48,345 nucleotides of DNA, taken from the NCBI GenBank assembly GCA_034434415.1, contig DAOTZF010000172.1, positions 1 to 48,345 on the forward strand, written 5' to 3'. The stretch comes from Anaerolineales bacterium (GTDB lineage: Bacteria; Chloroflexota; Anaerolineae; Anaerolineales; Villigracilaceae). The translations under genes and the position numbers were made by a program. The notes below the pieces were generated by a model. The model searched no databases and was not told the DNA's origin. It saw nothing but the letters and a program-made list of their open reading frames with translations. This document shows positions 39,775-48,345 of this stretch, one piece after another. Position 1 is the first letter of the stretch. Each line of letters starts with the position of its first letter.

Positions 39775-40311
39775 TTATCGTGTCGGCGCAGCTCTTAACC
39801 TTCTCACAAGGAAGATCACAACCACCAGCGCGAGCGAGGCAAGGAACATGCCGGGGATTCCCACTTCATCGGCGAAGCCGGTGTTGGGCAACGCGGTGGA
39901 GGTTGGGATGAACGTTTGAGTGGAGACGGCGATCTGCGTGAACGCGGCTCCAACAGTGGCAGTGGCAGGGTTTGCAGTTGGGGAGACGGTCACGCTGACT
40001 TGGGCGACCACAGGTGTATTCGTGGGAGGAAGCGTGGCGGTCACGCCGGAGGTGGCAGTGAGTGCTTGTGCTATTGCGGTTTGAGTCAGCCCGGCTTGAA
40101 TCGTCGCCTGTTGTTGTGTGGCTTGCGCGATGGCGGTCTGCTCGGCAGTCTGGTTGGTATTCATCGAGAAAATCACGTACGCGCCGAGGCAAAGCAGGGC
40201 AAGCAAAACAAGCAGACCCAAGCCTCCCGCTGCAAAAAGGAACGTACGATTGCTCGATTCTTCAGGGGGATTCGAGTCATCATATGAAACATCATCGTTG
40301 AAATTTGACAT
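39775..40311 (-). CDS. Small Thr/Ala-rich protein with N-terminal TM and LPxTG sorting signal
   Basis: Acidic N-terminus, TM helix, T/A/Q stalk, LPNTG, TM helix, RRLR tail; AAAGGAG RBS. Confidence 0.8.
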   Translation of the reverse strand: MSNFNDDVSYDDSNPPEESSNRTFLFAAGGLGLLVLLALLCLGAYVIFSMNTNQTAEQTAIAQATQQQATIQAGLTQTAIAQALTATSGVTATLPPTNTPVVAQVSVTVSPTANPATATVGAAFTQIAVSTQTFIPTSTALPNTGFADEVGIPGMFLASLALVVVIFLVRRLRAAPTR

Positions 40312-40367
40312 CGCTCATTCTCCTTTATCCGGGCAAGCCATTCACCCTCGGCCGCCTTGCTTCGTAA

Positions 40368-41423
40368 TTATCCCACAACTTCAAGATTTACCAAAGGCGC
40401 GATAACCGTCTCGCCGTTTTCAAGTTTCACATCGGCAGCCGGTGCACGCAAACCGCTCGGCAGTGGACTCAACCCCGGGCGCAGGGAAGAGATTGTGCCG
40501 ATCATCCCTGCGTGTGGCGGACGGCGCATGCGCACGGTCTGACCTGTGGCAAAGTTGTAGAAGTCCTCCGGCTCGGCGGGTTCCGTCGAAACCGGTAATG
40601 GGATGATCACTTCTGGGCGATTTCCGCTGTACCGATCGAAGTGTTCGGCGTTCACCGTCGCTTCGCGTTTGTTGTTCGTTGTTAGAAGTTTGAACGCGGC
40701 TGAATTCATCGGCATCGCGCCGAAGCCGTCCAACACGAGGATCGGATATCGCATTTGATACGCGGTCTGAAGAAGCGGCGAATACAAACTGGAAAGGATC
40801 AAGCCTCGCACCGGCAATTCCGCCGCGGCGCGCAAGGTATCCGCATCGCGCACATGTCCGCCAAGGATCACGGATCCGCGCAGACTCACGTCGAGTCGAT
40901 CCGCACTGAGCACATCATCCTGTTTTTCGATCAGGCTGGTCATCAAGCCGCTGTCAATGCGGCCATTCCCCCACACCCCTTGCACCAACGCGCCTGCCGT
41001 ACGAATCACAACACCACGTTCGGGAATCACTTTGGTGACCACACCCGGCAAACCGGCGCGCAACTCGATGCGCGTATCGCCTACTTCCATCAAGACCTGC
41101 CCGCCGCCGACCACCATCACACGACCGGCGCGCGGCGCGCGGATCGAGCGAGGAATCAGCCCGCCGGCATCCGCGATCAGTGCGCCCTGAGTTACCCGGT
41201 CATTCTGGTTGACCTTGATCATGCGGTCTGCCGCGCGAGGCGGAACATTGAAAGTTCGGGCTACATCGATCAATACATGCTCGCGGGCAAAATTCGCCTC
41301 GGCGACCACATCCGTTGAATTCACGCGTTGATCCACATGGGCGAGAACTTTTCCCGCAACCGGCAAGGTCCGTTCACGAACGATCGTGGTGAGCGGCAAG
41401 ACATGATAAACAGGCGCAAGCAT
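40368..41423 (-). CDS. Conserved hypothetical protein with barrel-sandwich-hybrid-like and C-terminal KOW-like segments
   Basis: GKVLAHVDQRV..DVVA, IRAPRAGRV, QGVWGNG, LDGFG..PM, GQTVRMRRPPHAGMIGTI. Confidence 0.7.
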   Translation of the reverse strand: MLAPVYHVLPLTTIVRERTLPVAGKVLAHVDQRVNSTDVVAEANFAREHVLIDVARTFNVPPRAADRMIKVNQNDRVTQGALIADAGGLIPRSIRAPRAGRVMVVGGGQVLMEVGDTRIELRAGLPGVVTKVIPERGVVIRTAGALVQGVWGNGRIDSGLMTSLIEKQDDVLSADRLDVSLRGSVILGGHVRDADTLRAAAELPVRGLILSSLYSPLLQTAYQMRYPILVLDGFGAMPMNSAAFKLLTTNNKREATVNAEHFDRYSGNRPEVIIPLPVSTEPAEPEDFYNFATGQTVRMRRPPHAGMIGTISSLRPGLSPLPSGLRAPAADVKLENGETVIAPLVNLEVVG

Positions 41424-41424
41424 C

Positions 41425-43182
41425 CTAACCTCCCACCGCGTAGGACCAGCGTTTCATCAATTCACGCCTTCTCACCGGGTCAGATGGAAGATCCAACGGG
41501 CGACCGCGGACATCGATGACGACTCCCATCGCGCCGCCGGTGACGGTGAGCGTTCCGCTTCTTCCCGGACCCAAGCCTGCATCCGCGCGGCGAAGCGGAG
41601 CCAGCGTCAGACGCGCCGTCTGCCCGCTGGGAAGCGGGATGATCTCCAACCCGCCGAACTTCACATCCGCACGTGCTTCGGTTCCATCTTCGTACGTCAA
41701 TTTTGCGCGCACCACCTGGTCGCCAAAGTTCGCGGAGGCAATCACCGAAATGACCGTCCCCATTCCAATGAATGCACCTGATTCGATCACCTGCACCGGC
41801 AGGAAATTATTTCGTGAAGCCGCCGCGCCCAACAGCGCGAGCAGGTTATTTTGATCGAGAAGGATCGGCATGATTCCCACCGGCTGGATTGCATCGAGCA
41901 GCATCAACAAACTTTGACCCAGTGATGCGCCTTCCGCAATCGCGCCGCCACCGGCAAGGATCAGATCCAATTTCGGCATCAAGTCCGGCTGCACGGCTCG
42001 AGCGCTGGAAGGAAAATTTTTCTGCGCGGTGCGTACGGCAAGATACAACGCCTGCCGCGCAACAGCTTGCAGGATGGCATGTTCCTCCGACGTGGCAGGG
42101 ATGGAGGCAGGATGCAATGATTTCTGGACGAGATATTCCCGCAAGGTGTTGGAGGATATATCGAGTTGCATCCAACGCATGATTTGTTCGATCTCGGTGT
42201 GTTGAAGGATCGCACCGAGATTTTCCCCCATACCAAATTGGGGATACACGCCGAGTGTGAGATCGCCATTGAAGCCAGCGGCGATCGTTGCAGCAGATGC
42301 GCCGAGGTTCACGCTCAACAACCCGCGCTGCGATTCGTACAACTTGCTCAAGAAACGAATCATTCTCCCCTGCGCGTACGCCGTCGGAAGCAACCCGCCC
42401 GCAGCCCACAGGTTGAGTTCATCCACACCTTTGATCTGCCTTTGGCGGAGCTTCGTCACCAACCCGGCGAGTTGATGGCTCGCGGGTTCAAGATCCTCAG
42501 TCTCAAGCGATGGTCGAACATTGTGGCTGATCTCCAGTTTGCCCGCATGCCCGCCGAGCAGTTCCTGTACATCGTTTGCCAGTTTTCGGTTCCCCGCATA
42601 CAAAACCATCGGTCGTTTTTCTTCCGGCATCAAATAACAAGCCAGCCCCACCGCCTCGAGCATCTTCAAAATGGATCGTGACGCACCGCCATCCGTACCA
42701 CCGGCAAGGATAACGAGATCAGGACGCGTCCTCACAATGCTGTCCAGCTGTTGATCCGGTTTTCGGCGATCTGAAAGATCGAGCGTTTCAACAATACGGC
42801 TGTATGTAGACTCTGCGAGGCGGCGCGCGCTATGCAACGAAACATCCGGGAGCAAACCCGCCACAACCGTTCGCACCGAGGGTCCCGCGGATATCGTCGC
42901 GACGACAGCATCTACACCAGAACCATCCGGCTGGGATGGGGCAATGAGATTTTCATCCGGCGTTCCAAGCAATGTGGCGCCTAACACGGTTTGAAGGTTC
43001 TTGATCGCTTCACGTACACCGATGCCGATGTTCTTGTACGGCGCTTCCGCCGTGGTGGGAGCCTGCCCCGCCGCGACAAAACGATACTGCCCTTCAACTA
43101 CATCGAAGAACGCGGCGCGCGTGACCGCGGCGCCCACGTCAATGGCAAGGATGGATTCGTTTTGGACAAGCGAAGTAGGCAT
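41425..43182 (-). CDS. Glutamate mutase L (GlmL/MutL-like) ASKHA actin-fold protein
   Basis: ILAIDVG..T, GQAPTT, PDLVILAGGTDGG, VLYAGN, NVRP, LLPT; C-terminal GGAMGVVIDVRGRPL. Confidence 0.8.
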   Translation of the reverse strand: MPTSLVQNESILAIDVGAAVTRAAFFDVVEGQYRFVAAGQAPTTAEAPYKNIGIGVREAIKNLQTVLGATLLGTPDENLIAPSQPDGSGVDAVVATISAGPSVRTVVAGLLPDVSLHSARRLAESTYSRIVETLDLSDRRKPDQQLDSIVRTRPDLVILAGGTDGGASRSILKMLEAVGLACYLMPEEKRPMVLYAGNRKLANDVQELLGGHAGKLEISHNVRPSLETEDLEPASHQLAGLVTKLRQRQIKGVDELNLWAAGGLLPTAYAQGRMIRFLSKLYESQRGLLSVNLGASAATIAAGFNGDLTLGVYPQFGMGENLGAILQHTEIEQIMRWMQLDISSNTLREYLVQKSLHPASIPATSEEHAILQAVARQALYLAVRTAQKNFPSSARAVQPDLMPKLDLILAGGGAIAEGASLGQSLLMLLDAIQPVGIMPILLDQNNLLALLGAAASRNNFLPVQVIESGAFIGMGTVISVIASANFGDQVVRAKLTYEDGTEARADVKFGGLEIIPLPSGQTARLTLAPLRRADAGLGPGRSGTLTVTGGAMGVVIDVRGRPLDLPSDPVRRRELMKRWSYAVGG

Positions 43183-43185
43183 GCG

Positions 43186-43860
43186 TTAGAAACCAATCAT
43201 TTGACGAATGAAGTTGATCATCGAAGTCAGACGCTCGATCATGGCGGTCAGAGCCGCCATATACACACCTGCAAATAGAACACCCAGGGTGACAGCAATA
43301 AAAAGTTGGCCGAGCCATGCGATCCCCTCGAAAACGATATTTCGTTTCGGCGTCCCATCCGGGGCGCGTCCCGCGGTGAATTGAAAATACCCGAGGGTAA
43401 GCACGGTGCCGGTCAGCATGATGGTCCCTTCGACCAATTTGGCGAATCCGCCTTCCGTTGCGGTGCGGAAATCCACGGCGTCGATCGCCGCTCCGACCTG
43501 CGGAATTAACGTGCCAAGCACCGCGCCTCCGAGGGCTGTTGCTGCACCTACACCCACGAGAATTGCCATGGCAAAATTCCCAAGCCAGGAAAGTTTCGGG
43601 AAGAGTTTTGCCAGCAATGAAAAGCCGAGAAGCAGTGGTATGGCTGTCAACAGGAAGATATTTGCGTCACCAGTTTGAAGGAGGATAACCACCCTGGGCG
43701 CGAGAACATATTGCCAGACAACAGCCGCAGCGTATCCCGATGCGACCCCGATAAACAAATAGATGGCCATGCGGAACAACGGGTTATCGTTGATCAGATA
43801 ACTGAAGACCAGCAAGGTGAGAAACAAGCCAACGAGACCGGATAATAATTCCAACGGCAT
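43186..43860 (-). CDS. Conserved hypothetical membrane protein (about 6 TM)
   Basis: FSYLINDNPLFRMAIYLFIGVASGY, YFQFT, ERL. Start moved to ATG 43860, just after the upstream stop. Confidence 0.8.
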   Translation of the reverse strand: MPLELLSGLVGLFLTLLVFSYLINDNPLFRMAIYLFIGVASGYAAAVVWQYVLAPRVVILLQTGDANIFLLTAIPLLLGFSLLAKLFPKLSWLGNFAMAILVGVGAATALGGAVLGTLIPQVGAAIDAVDFRTATEGGFAKLVEGTIMLTGTVLTLGYFQFTAGRAPDGTPKRNIVFEGIAWLGQLFIAVTLGVLFAGVYMAALTAMIERLTSMINFIRQMIGF

Positions 43861-43864
43861 CGCG

Positions 43865-46339
43865 CTATCCCGCCTCTCCGCTGATTCGACTCGCACGGAT
43901 ACCGGCAACCAAACTCCACAAACTGCCGAGAGCGATGGCAACCACAGCCATCAACAAACCGACGCCGAACGAATCCCAATATCGCCGCGCAATGCCGGGC
44001 CGGGAATTGTTTACAAATTCGTAACGCGCCGCATCCGATAATCCGTTCACCATGCCCGTGATCTGTTGGGAAGAATAATACGGTTGCATCATAGGTCCGG
44101 CTTGCGCGCTGGTGGCGAATAGAACCGGCTGATTTGAAAAGAATGTTGTATCGGTGCGATTGCGGGTATATAACTGCTCGACCCACACGCGACCTGATTC
44201 GGCGTGGTCGGTCAACACGATGACGGCGGCGTACTCGGTGAATTTAGTGACAGAAAAATTCGGCACCAACCCAGCCTGTGGCAGCGCGACCGCCGGAGAG
44301 TCTAAAAACTCACGTATGCCGGTTAACCCGCCGGGCAAATAACCGAGGTTGACATAATTTTCCCCGGCTTTGTAATCAAGCCCGTTCGGCGCAGGCAGGC
44401 TCACCCCGGTATTCGTCAACAATCTGCGAACGAGCGCCGTGTTGTTCGGTGACGTGGACACGAATGCCAGTCGCGCGTGAGTTGACAGCACGAGTTGATC
44501 GAGCATGGGTCCGCTCACTGCTTCCATTTCACCTGCGAGAGCAGGCTCGTAATCCATCACCACCAAGACCAGCGAATTTTGCGGCAGGCGCGCAATTGCA
44601 CTCGATGCAGACCGGACTTCAGGAGGAAGTGAAGCTGAGACCGGCATGGAGGTTGTCTGCAAGAAAGCCATCACACTGAGGACAATCAGAAAGAGACCGG
44701 ATAATATCCACCTTAAGGTGCGTTGCGACGCGATGTTCGCCTGTGCTGTGATCGGTCGCGCTGTTGTTTCGCTTGCAAGTATCTGCTCCAGCAGGGTGGC
44801 ACCAGCGAATTGTTCATCTGTGGGTTGCAATTTGATTGAGACGGTCTTCGGCCTGCGCGAAGACCCGATCGGCGCAACGGGAATCACCCCCTCCAGCCCG
44901 GCAAGTGGACCTTCGCTCTCGGTATATTGGTCCTTACGACTTGATGCACCGGGGATGGCTGATTCTGCCGGCCGCATTTCCTTTATCCAACTTGGGAGTT
45001 CGCCCGGAGCAAGAGAATCATCTGCGGGAATCCCCGGTATGTTGGATGACACTTCTTCAGATACCGGCTCAGAACGCGAAAGCCAGTCCGGCATATCTAC
45101 GGATAACAACGAATCGACATCTGAACTTGAAGGGGGGGAAGCACTCAAGGAATCTGAATCAGCCGCAGGCGCGGCTTGAGGCGAGAGGTCCGTTTTGCGG
45201 AACCAATCTGAAAGCGCGCCGGGCGCCGGCATCGAAGGCTCCTCCGTTGCGCTCTTCAACCAGTCCGGCATGAGATCATCCGGCACATCACTTAGCGGAC
45301 CCGTCCGCCTCGTAAAGGGCGATACCTTTTCCGCAGGTGTTTCTGCGCCTTGTTGCCCCTCGATGTCTTGTAACCAGACCGGATTGGACTCAGCCGGTTT
45401 TTCCTCGACAGGCTTGCTTTCCGGGCTGGAGAGTTGATTCATCCAACTTAATTCTTGTTGAGGCTCTTCCGCTTGGGCTGGTGTCTCCACACCGCCCAAC
45501 TTCCTCACCCAACTCGGAGGTTCATCCGTTGCCGGACGTCCCGGAGGTACATCCGTGCCGGTGCCAAGACTATCAAGCCAGCCCAACTCCGATTGCGACT
45601 GGGATGTTTCATCCTGACTTGGAATTTCAGATTCCTGCTTCGATGAATCCTCGAGCGAACGCAGCCAACTGAGGTCCTCCTCCGCTTTAGGTTGGGGAGG
45701 CGGCTCTTTGAATGCGTATGATGGTAACTCAGCAGGGCTTGTCCATTCAGGAACGTCCGATTCCACTTCGACGGGTGGAGCTGGTTCTGCAGATGCTTGC
45801 GCGAACCACGCTGAGAGTTCATCTTTTTCTTCCGCGGCTTGTTCAGGCGGAGCATCATTTGAACCTGCCATCCACGAAGGCACACTCTCCTGGGCAGGTT
45901 CACCGGTTTGAGACTCAGCAATAGCAGGTTCACTTTTTTCAAACTGCGCAAAGAAATCTGCTTCCGGAGGCGGGGTTGACGCGGCGGCAGTCGAGGGTTT
46001 TGTCACCGGATTCATGCTCGCAAGCCAATCGGGGATTTCCTCCTCATCACCTTTCGTTTGCGACGCGAGCCCCGCCAACAGATCGGGCGGTTCGTTCTTC
46101 TGGACCTTGGGCTTAGCCGCCTCTTCCTCTGCATCTTTTGCCGCTGATTCCCTCCCCTGCTGGCGGACATCCTTCAACCATTGCGGCAGGATGGGCTCCA
46201 ACTCTCCGGTATTCTTTTTCACCGGGCTTTCGCCGGGATGCACCATCGCCTCCGACTTGAGCGGCGTCTGACAGAACTGGCAGTTATCCAAAAAGTCCGG
46301 GTTGTTCTTTCCGCAACTTGGGCATCGAATATCAGCCAT
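43865..46339 (-). CDS. Zinc-ribbon + acidic Trp-repeat + membrane-anchored extracytoplasmic domain protein
   Basis: CPSC..CQFC; long P/E/S-rich region with PDWL/LSWL repeats; TM; DYEP..EM, YVNLGYLPGG, WVEQ, PYYSSQQITGMV..AARYE; C-terminal TM. Start ATG 46339 or TTG 46345. Confidence 0.8.
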   Translation of the reverse strand: MADIRCPSCGKNNPDFLDNCQFCQTPLKSEAMVHPGESPVKKNTGELEPILPQWLKDVRQQGRESAAKDAEEEAAKPKVQKNEPPDLLAGLASQTKGDEEEIPDWLASMNPVTKPSTAAASTPPPEADFFAQFEKSEPAIAESQTGEPAQESVPSWMAGSNDAPPEQAAEEKDELSAWFAQASAEPAPPVEVESDVPEWTSPAELPSYAFKEPPPQPKAEEDLSWLRSLEDSSKQESEIPSQDETSQSQSELGWLDSLGTGTDVPPGRPATDEPPSWVRKLGGVETPAQAEEPQQELSWMNQLSSPESKPVEEKPAESNPVWLQDIEGQQGAETPAEKVSPFTRRTGPLSDVPDDLMPDWLKSATEEPSMPAPGALSDWFRKTDLSPQAAPAADSDSLSASPPSSSDVDSLLSVDMPDWLSRSEPVSEEVSSNIPGIPADDSLAPGELPSWIKEMRPAESAIPGASSRKDQYTESEGPLAGLEGVIPVAPIGSSRRPKTVSIKLQPTDEQFAGATLLEQILASETTARPITAQANIASQRTLRWILSGLFLIVLSVMAFLQTTSMPVSASLPPEVRSASSAIARLPQNSLVLVVMDYEPALAGEMEAVSGPMLDQLVLSTHARLAFVSTSPNNTALVRRLLTNTGVSLPAPNGLDYKAGENYVNLGYLPGGLTGIREFLDSPAVALPQAGLVPNFSVTKFTEYAAVIVLTDHAESGRVWVEQLYTRNRTDTTFFSNQPVLFATSAQAGPMMQPYYSSQQITGMVNGLSDAARYEFVNNSRPGIARRYWDSFGVGLLMAVVAIALGSLWSLVAGIRASRISGEAG

Positions 46340-46341
46340 GT

Positions 46342-46953
46342 TCAATTTCCCCCATACGGACGGTCAACGCCAAACAACACTCGCAGACCCGTCAACAACG
46401 TTCCGAGCGCGATACCGATCAATAAGCCGCGTGCGCCCCCGCGCGAAAAAACTCCGGCAAGATAGAGGATGAACTGATCGATCGCCGAATTATCGAATGG
46501 CTTTGGCATGATCGCTACTAAAAAAAGGATGGCAACCAGCAGGAAGAGTATGGTCGTTAGATCTCTCCGTTGTCGCAAGAGGCGGATGCTGGCATACACC
46601 AGTGTTATCGCGAGGATCGCCATCAGCGCGCCTTCCACCGGCACGATCACGGCATCGACGGCAAATTGCATCAGCGGGTCATCCACTCCGAACATGACTC
46701 CGAATCCAAAGGTGCCCAGCAGTGACAGCACAAGAATTGCGCCTAACACACTCCCTTTTTGACGCATGCGAACTTTTTCCATTTGGACCGCAACAAGATT
46801 GAAGATGCCCACGAGTACGGCAATGCCGCCGATAACCACTGCCCAATCGGTGAGGACTGCCCTTAAACTCATCAAAACCGGAATGGGCAGGAAAAACCCC
46901 AACAACACGATGAACGAAATGGCGATGGCAAACGCCGCTGTGATAATTCGCAT
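46342..46953 (-). CDS. Conserved hypothetical membrane protein (about 6 TM)
   Basis: Hydrophobic throughout; GARGLLIGIALGTLLTGLRVLFGVDRPY C-terminus; TAATG overlap with upstream gene. Confidence 0.8.
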   Translation of the reverse strand: MRIITAAFAIAISFIVLLGFFLPIPVLMSLRAVLTDWAVVIGGIAVLVGIFNLVAVQMEKVRMRQKGSVLGAILVLSLLGTFGFGVMFGVDDPLMQFAVDAVIVPVEGALMAILAITLVYASIRLLRQRRDLTTILFLLVAILFLVAIMPKPFDNSAIDQFILYLAGVFSRGGARGLLIGIALGTLLTGLRVLFGVDRPYGGN

Positions 46954-47702
46954 TAAAAACCAAACCCAAGGACAGTGAGCACCGCGCCGACCACGATGAT
47001 AATGATCACCAGCCAGCGCAACACATCTTGCACGTTCAGGCTGGCTTCATGAGCCGCCCCCGCGCCGGTGTACGCGCCCGCGGCAAACAACTCTTCGCCG
47101 ATCAACGGATCTTGCGCGGCGGCATAGAGTACAGCCTGTGCAGATAAATTATCGCTTGCGGCAACGAGACTCGCATTCTGCCGGTCTGCCGCTTCGGTGA
47201 TCAACGCGGACTCTGCGCCGAGGTCGCCAATCAACATGTGCGCGGAGACGTTATCGTCACGCGCGATGGGCAGCGTCCCTGCGGCATAGGCAAAGGGTGA
47301 GAGTCCGGTCAAACGTCCGGCAGTGACGCGGAATCCTTCCTCCGCTCCAGCCGCGCGATAACCGGATTGTGATGTGTCCTGTGAGAGAATGGTCAACGAC
47401 GCGTCACCCGAAGTGACGATGGGCGGTCGGTCGCTGACCGAAGTGCGTTCTGCGATTCGGCGCAACATGGCAAGCCCAGCCAATGCCGAACCGCCGCGCG
47501 CAGTGAAGAGGTTGCCGCGTCCAAGTGAAATATGCAGGCGCGTTCCGTTTTCAACGGCAAGCCCTACTTCCCGGTTGAGGCGATCGTACGCATCGATACG
47601 GCGCAAGCTTGCGGGAGTCCGTCTTCGCCAAGCCGTGAATGCGAGCAACAGAAGCCCGGCAACGATCAACACGAGCAAACCTACAACTTCATAGGTGATC
47701 AT
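46953..47702 (-). CDS. DUF6754-like membrane protein
   Basis: N-terminal TM, LRRIDAY..VGLAVENG, FAYAAG, LIGEELFAAGAY, SLNVQDVLR, C-terminal TM. Confidence 0.7.
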   Translation of the reverse strand: MITYEVVGLLVLIVAGLLLLAFTAWRRRTPASLRRIDAYDRLNREVGLAVENGTRLHISLGRGNLFTARGGSALAGLAMLRRIAERTSVSDRPPIVTSGDASLTILSQDTSQSGYRAAGAEEGFRVTAGRLTGLSPFAYAAGTLPIARDDNVSAHMLIGDLGAESALITEAADRQNASLVAASDNLSAQAVLYAAAQDPLIGEELFAAGAYTGAGAAHEASLNVQDVLRWLVIIIIVVGAVLTVLGFGF

Positions 47703-47938
47703 GCAGATGCCTCGCCTCGTAACAGACGTGCAAATTCCTGGGTTTCTTCATCGCTTTCGAGCATGTGTGCGATCAAATTCGATTCTTTCCCGCCGATGAA
47801 AGGCTGAGTAACGTATATCATCTGCGCCCCAAGCACGGTGAGCGGCGCGCCTGCTTCGAGCAACCAGAGCGCCAGCCCATCCAGTTTGAGTCGCCTGAGT
47901 GATTCTGCCCACTGTGACCAAGCCGAGTTCGATTGCAT
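47699..47938 (-). CDS. Small hypothetical protein, first gene of operon
   Basis: ATGA overlap with the next gene; WAESL..LLEAGAPL..LGAQ. Start moved to ATG 47938. Confidence 0.7.
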   Translation of the reverse strand: MQSNSAWSQWAESLRRLKLDGLALWLLEAGAPLTVLGAQMIYVTQPFIGGKESNLIAHMLESDEETQEFARLLRGEASA

Positions 47939-47944
47939 GAACAA

Positions 47945-47953
47945 AGTATAGCA
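47945..47953 (-). promoter_or_regulatory. Extended -10 promoter TGcTATACT, probably leaderless
   Basis: Minus strand TGCTATACT-TTGTTC-ATG(47938); no SD sequence. Confidence 0.6.
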
Positions 47954-48054
47954 TATTTCATTCCTCATCCATTCGTCGAATGAGGTGTATAAATTTCAAA
48001 GGCATTGCGAATCAAGTGGTTTTTTTCGCGTATTTTTCACAGCAACCCTCATAG

Positions 48055-48084
48055 TATAATCACATCAGAATTCAATCGCGGAGG
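48055..48084 (+). promoter_or_regulatory. -10 hexamer and RBS for the cobalamin-binding gene
   Basis: TATAAT 48055-48060; GGAGG 48080-48084; ATG 48089. Confidence 0.5.
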
Positions 48085-48088
48085 AAGT

Positions 48089-48345
48089 ATGACCGATAAA
48101 AAGATCCGTGTACTTGTTGCCAAACCTGGGCTCGATGGACACGACCGCGGCGCAAAAGTGGTCGCGCGCGCCTTGCGCGACGCGGGCATGGAGGTGATCT
48201 ACACCGGCTTGCGCCAGACTCCGGAGATGATCGCCGAAGCCGCCCTGCAGGAGGATGTGGATGTGGTGGGTTTATCCATTCTTTCCGGCGCGCACATGGC
48301 GCTCGCCCCGCGCATCGTGGAACTGCTCAAAGCCAACGGGCAGGA
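48089..48345 (+). CDS. Acyl-CoA (methylmalonyl-CoA) mutase cobalamin-binding small subunit, truncated by window edge
   Basis: Manual translation [56 protein letters not shown] with DxHxxG and SxL motifs; absent from the ORF track. Confidence 0.93.
   Translation, partial: MTDKKIRVLVAKPGLDGHDRGAKVVARALRDAGMEVIYTGLRQTPEMIAEAALQEDVDVVGLSILSGAHMALAPRIVELLKANGQ

Noticed and set aside
41425..43182. DNA mismatch repair MutL or a complete glutamate mutase
   Set aside because: Name overlap only: no GHKL motifs, and no GlmE/GlmS in the window.

Overview
Two-part bacterial window, probably from Chloroflexota/Anaerolineales (inferred from Pro/Thr-rich exported proteins, an LPxTG substrate, PDWL-type repeats and a GlmL/DUF6754-type operon; not verified). 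Positions 1-36532 hold an almost entirely minus-strand cell-surface glycan locus that runs off the left edge. It starts with tRNA-Lys(CTT) and an RfaH-like NusG paralog, followed by a priming phosphoglycosyltransferase, an epimerase, heptose genes (hddA, gmhA, inverted gmhB), an acetyltransferase, a polyprenyl-phosphate-type GT2 and a B12 radical SAM enzyme. It then continues with an O-antigen-ligase/TPR protein, two Asp-box surface proteins sharing a C-terminal motif, a sulfotransferase, a degenerate GT2, wzt-wzm, many GT2/GT4 genes, two CysE-like acetyltransferases, a second ligase-like protein, a nucleotidyltransferase, a GT-C transferase and a truncated deacetylase missed by the ORF track. 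No Wzx, Wzc or Wza is seen, so the locus reads best as an ABC-export protein or surface glycosylation system. Positions 36846-48345 hold a DUF389-SH3 fusion, a phosphohexomutase and a tightly coupled 8-gene minus-strand operon of unknown function. That operon has four membrane proteins, a GlmL-like actin-fold protein with degenerate ATP motifs, a hybrid-barrel/KOW protein and an LPNTG protein, and it is divergent from a cobalamin-binding mutase subunit. The best candidates for undescribed systems are this GlmL-like operon and the ligase + surface protein + sulfotransferase/Wzt module. All family calls are by motif recognition; no searches were run.
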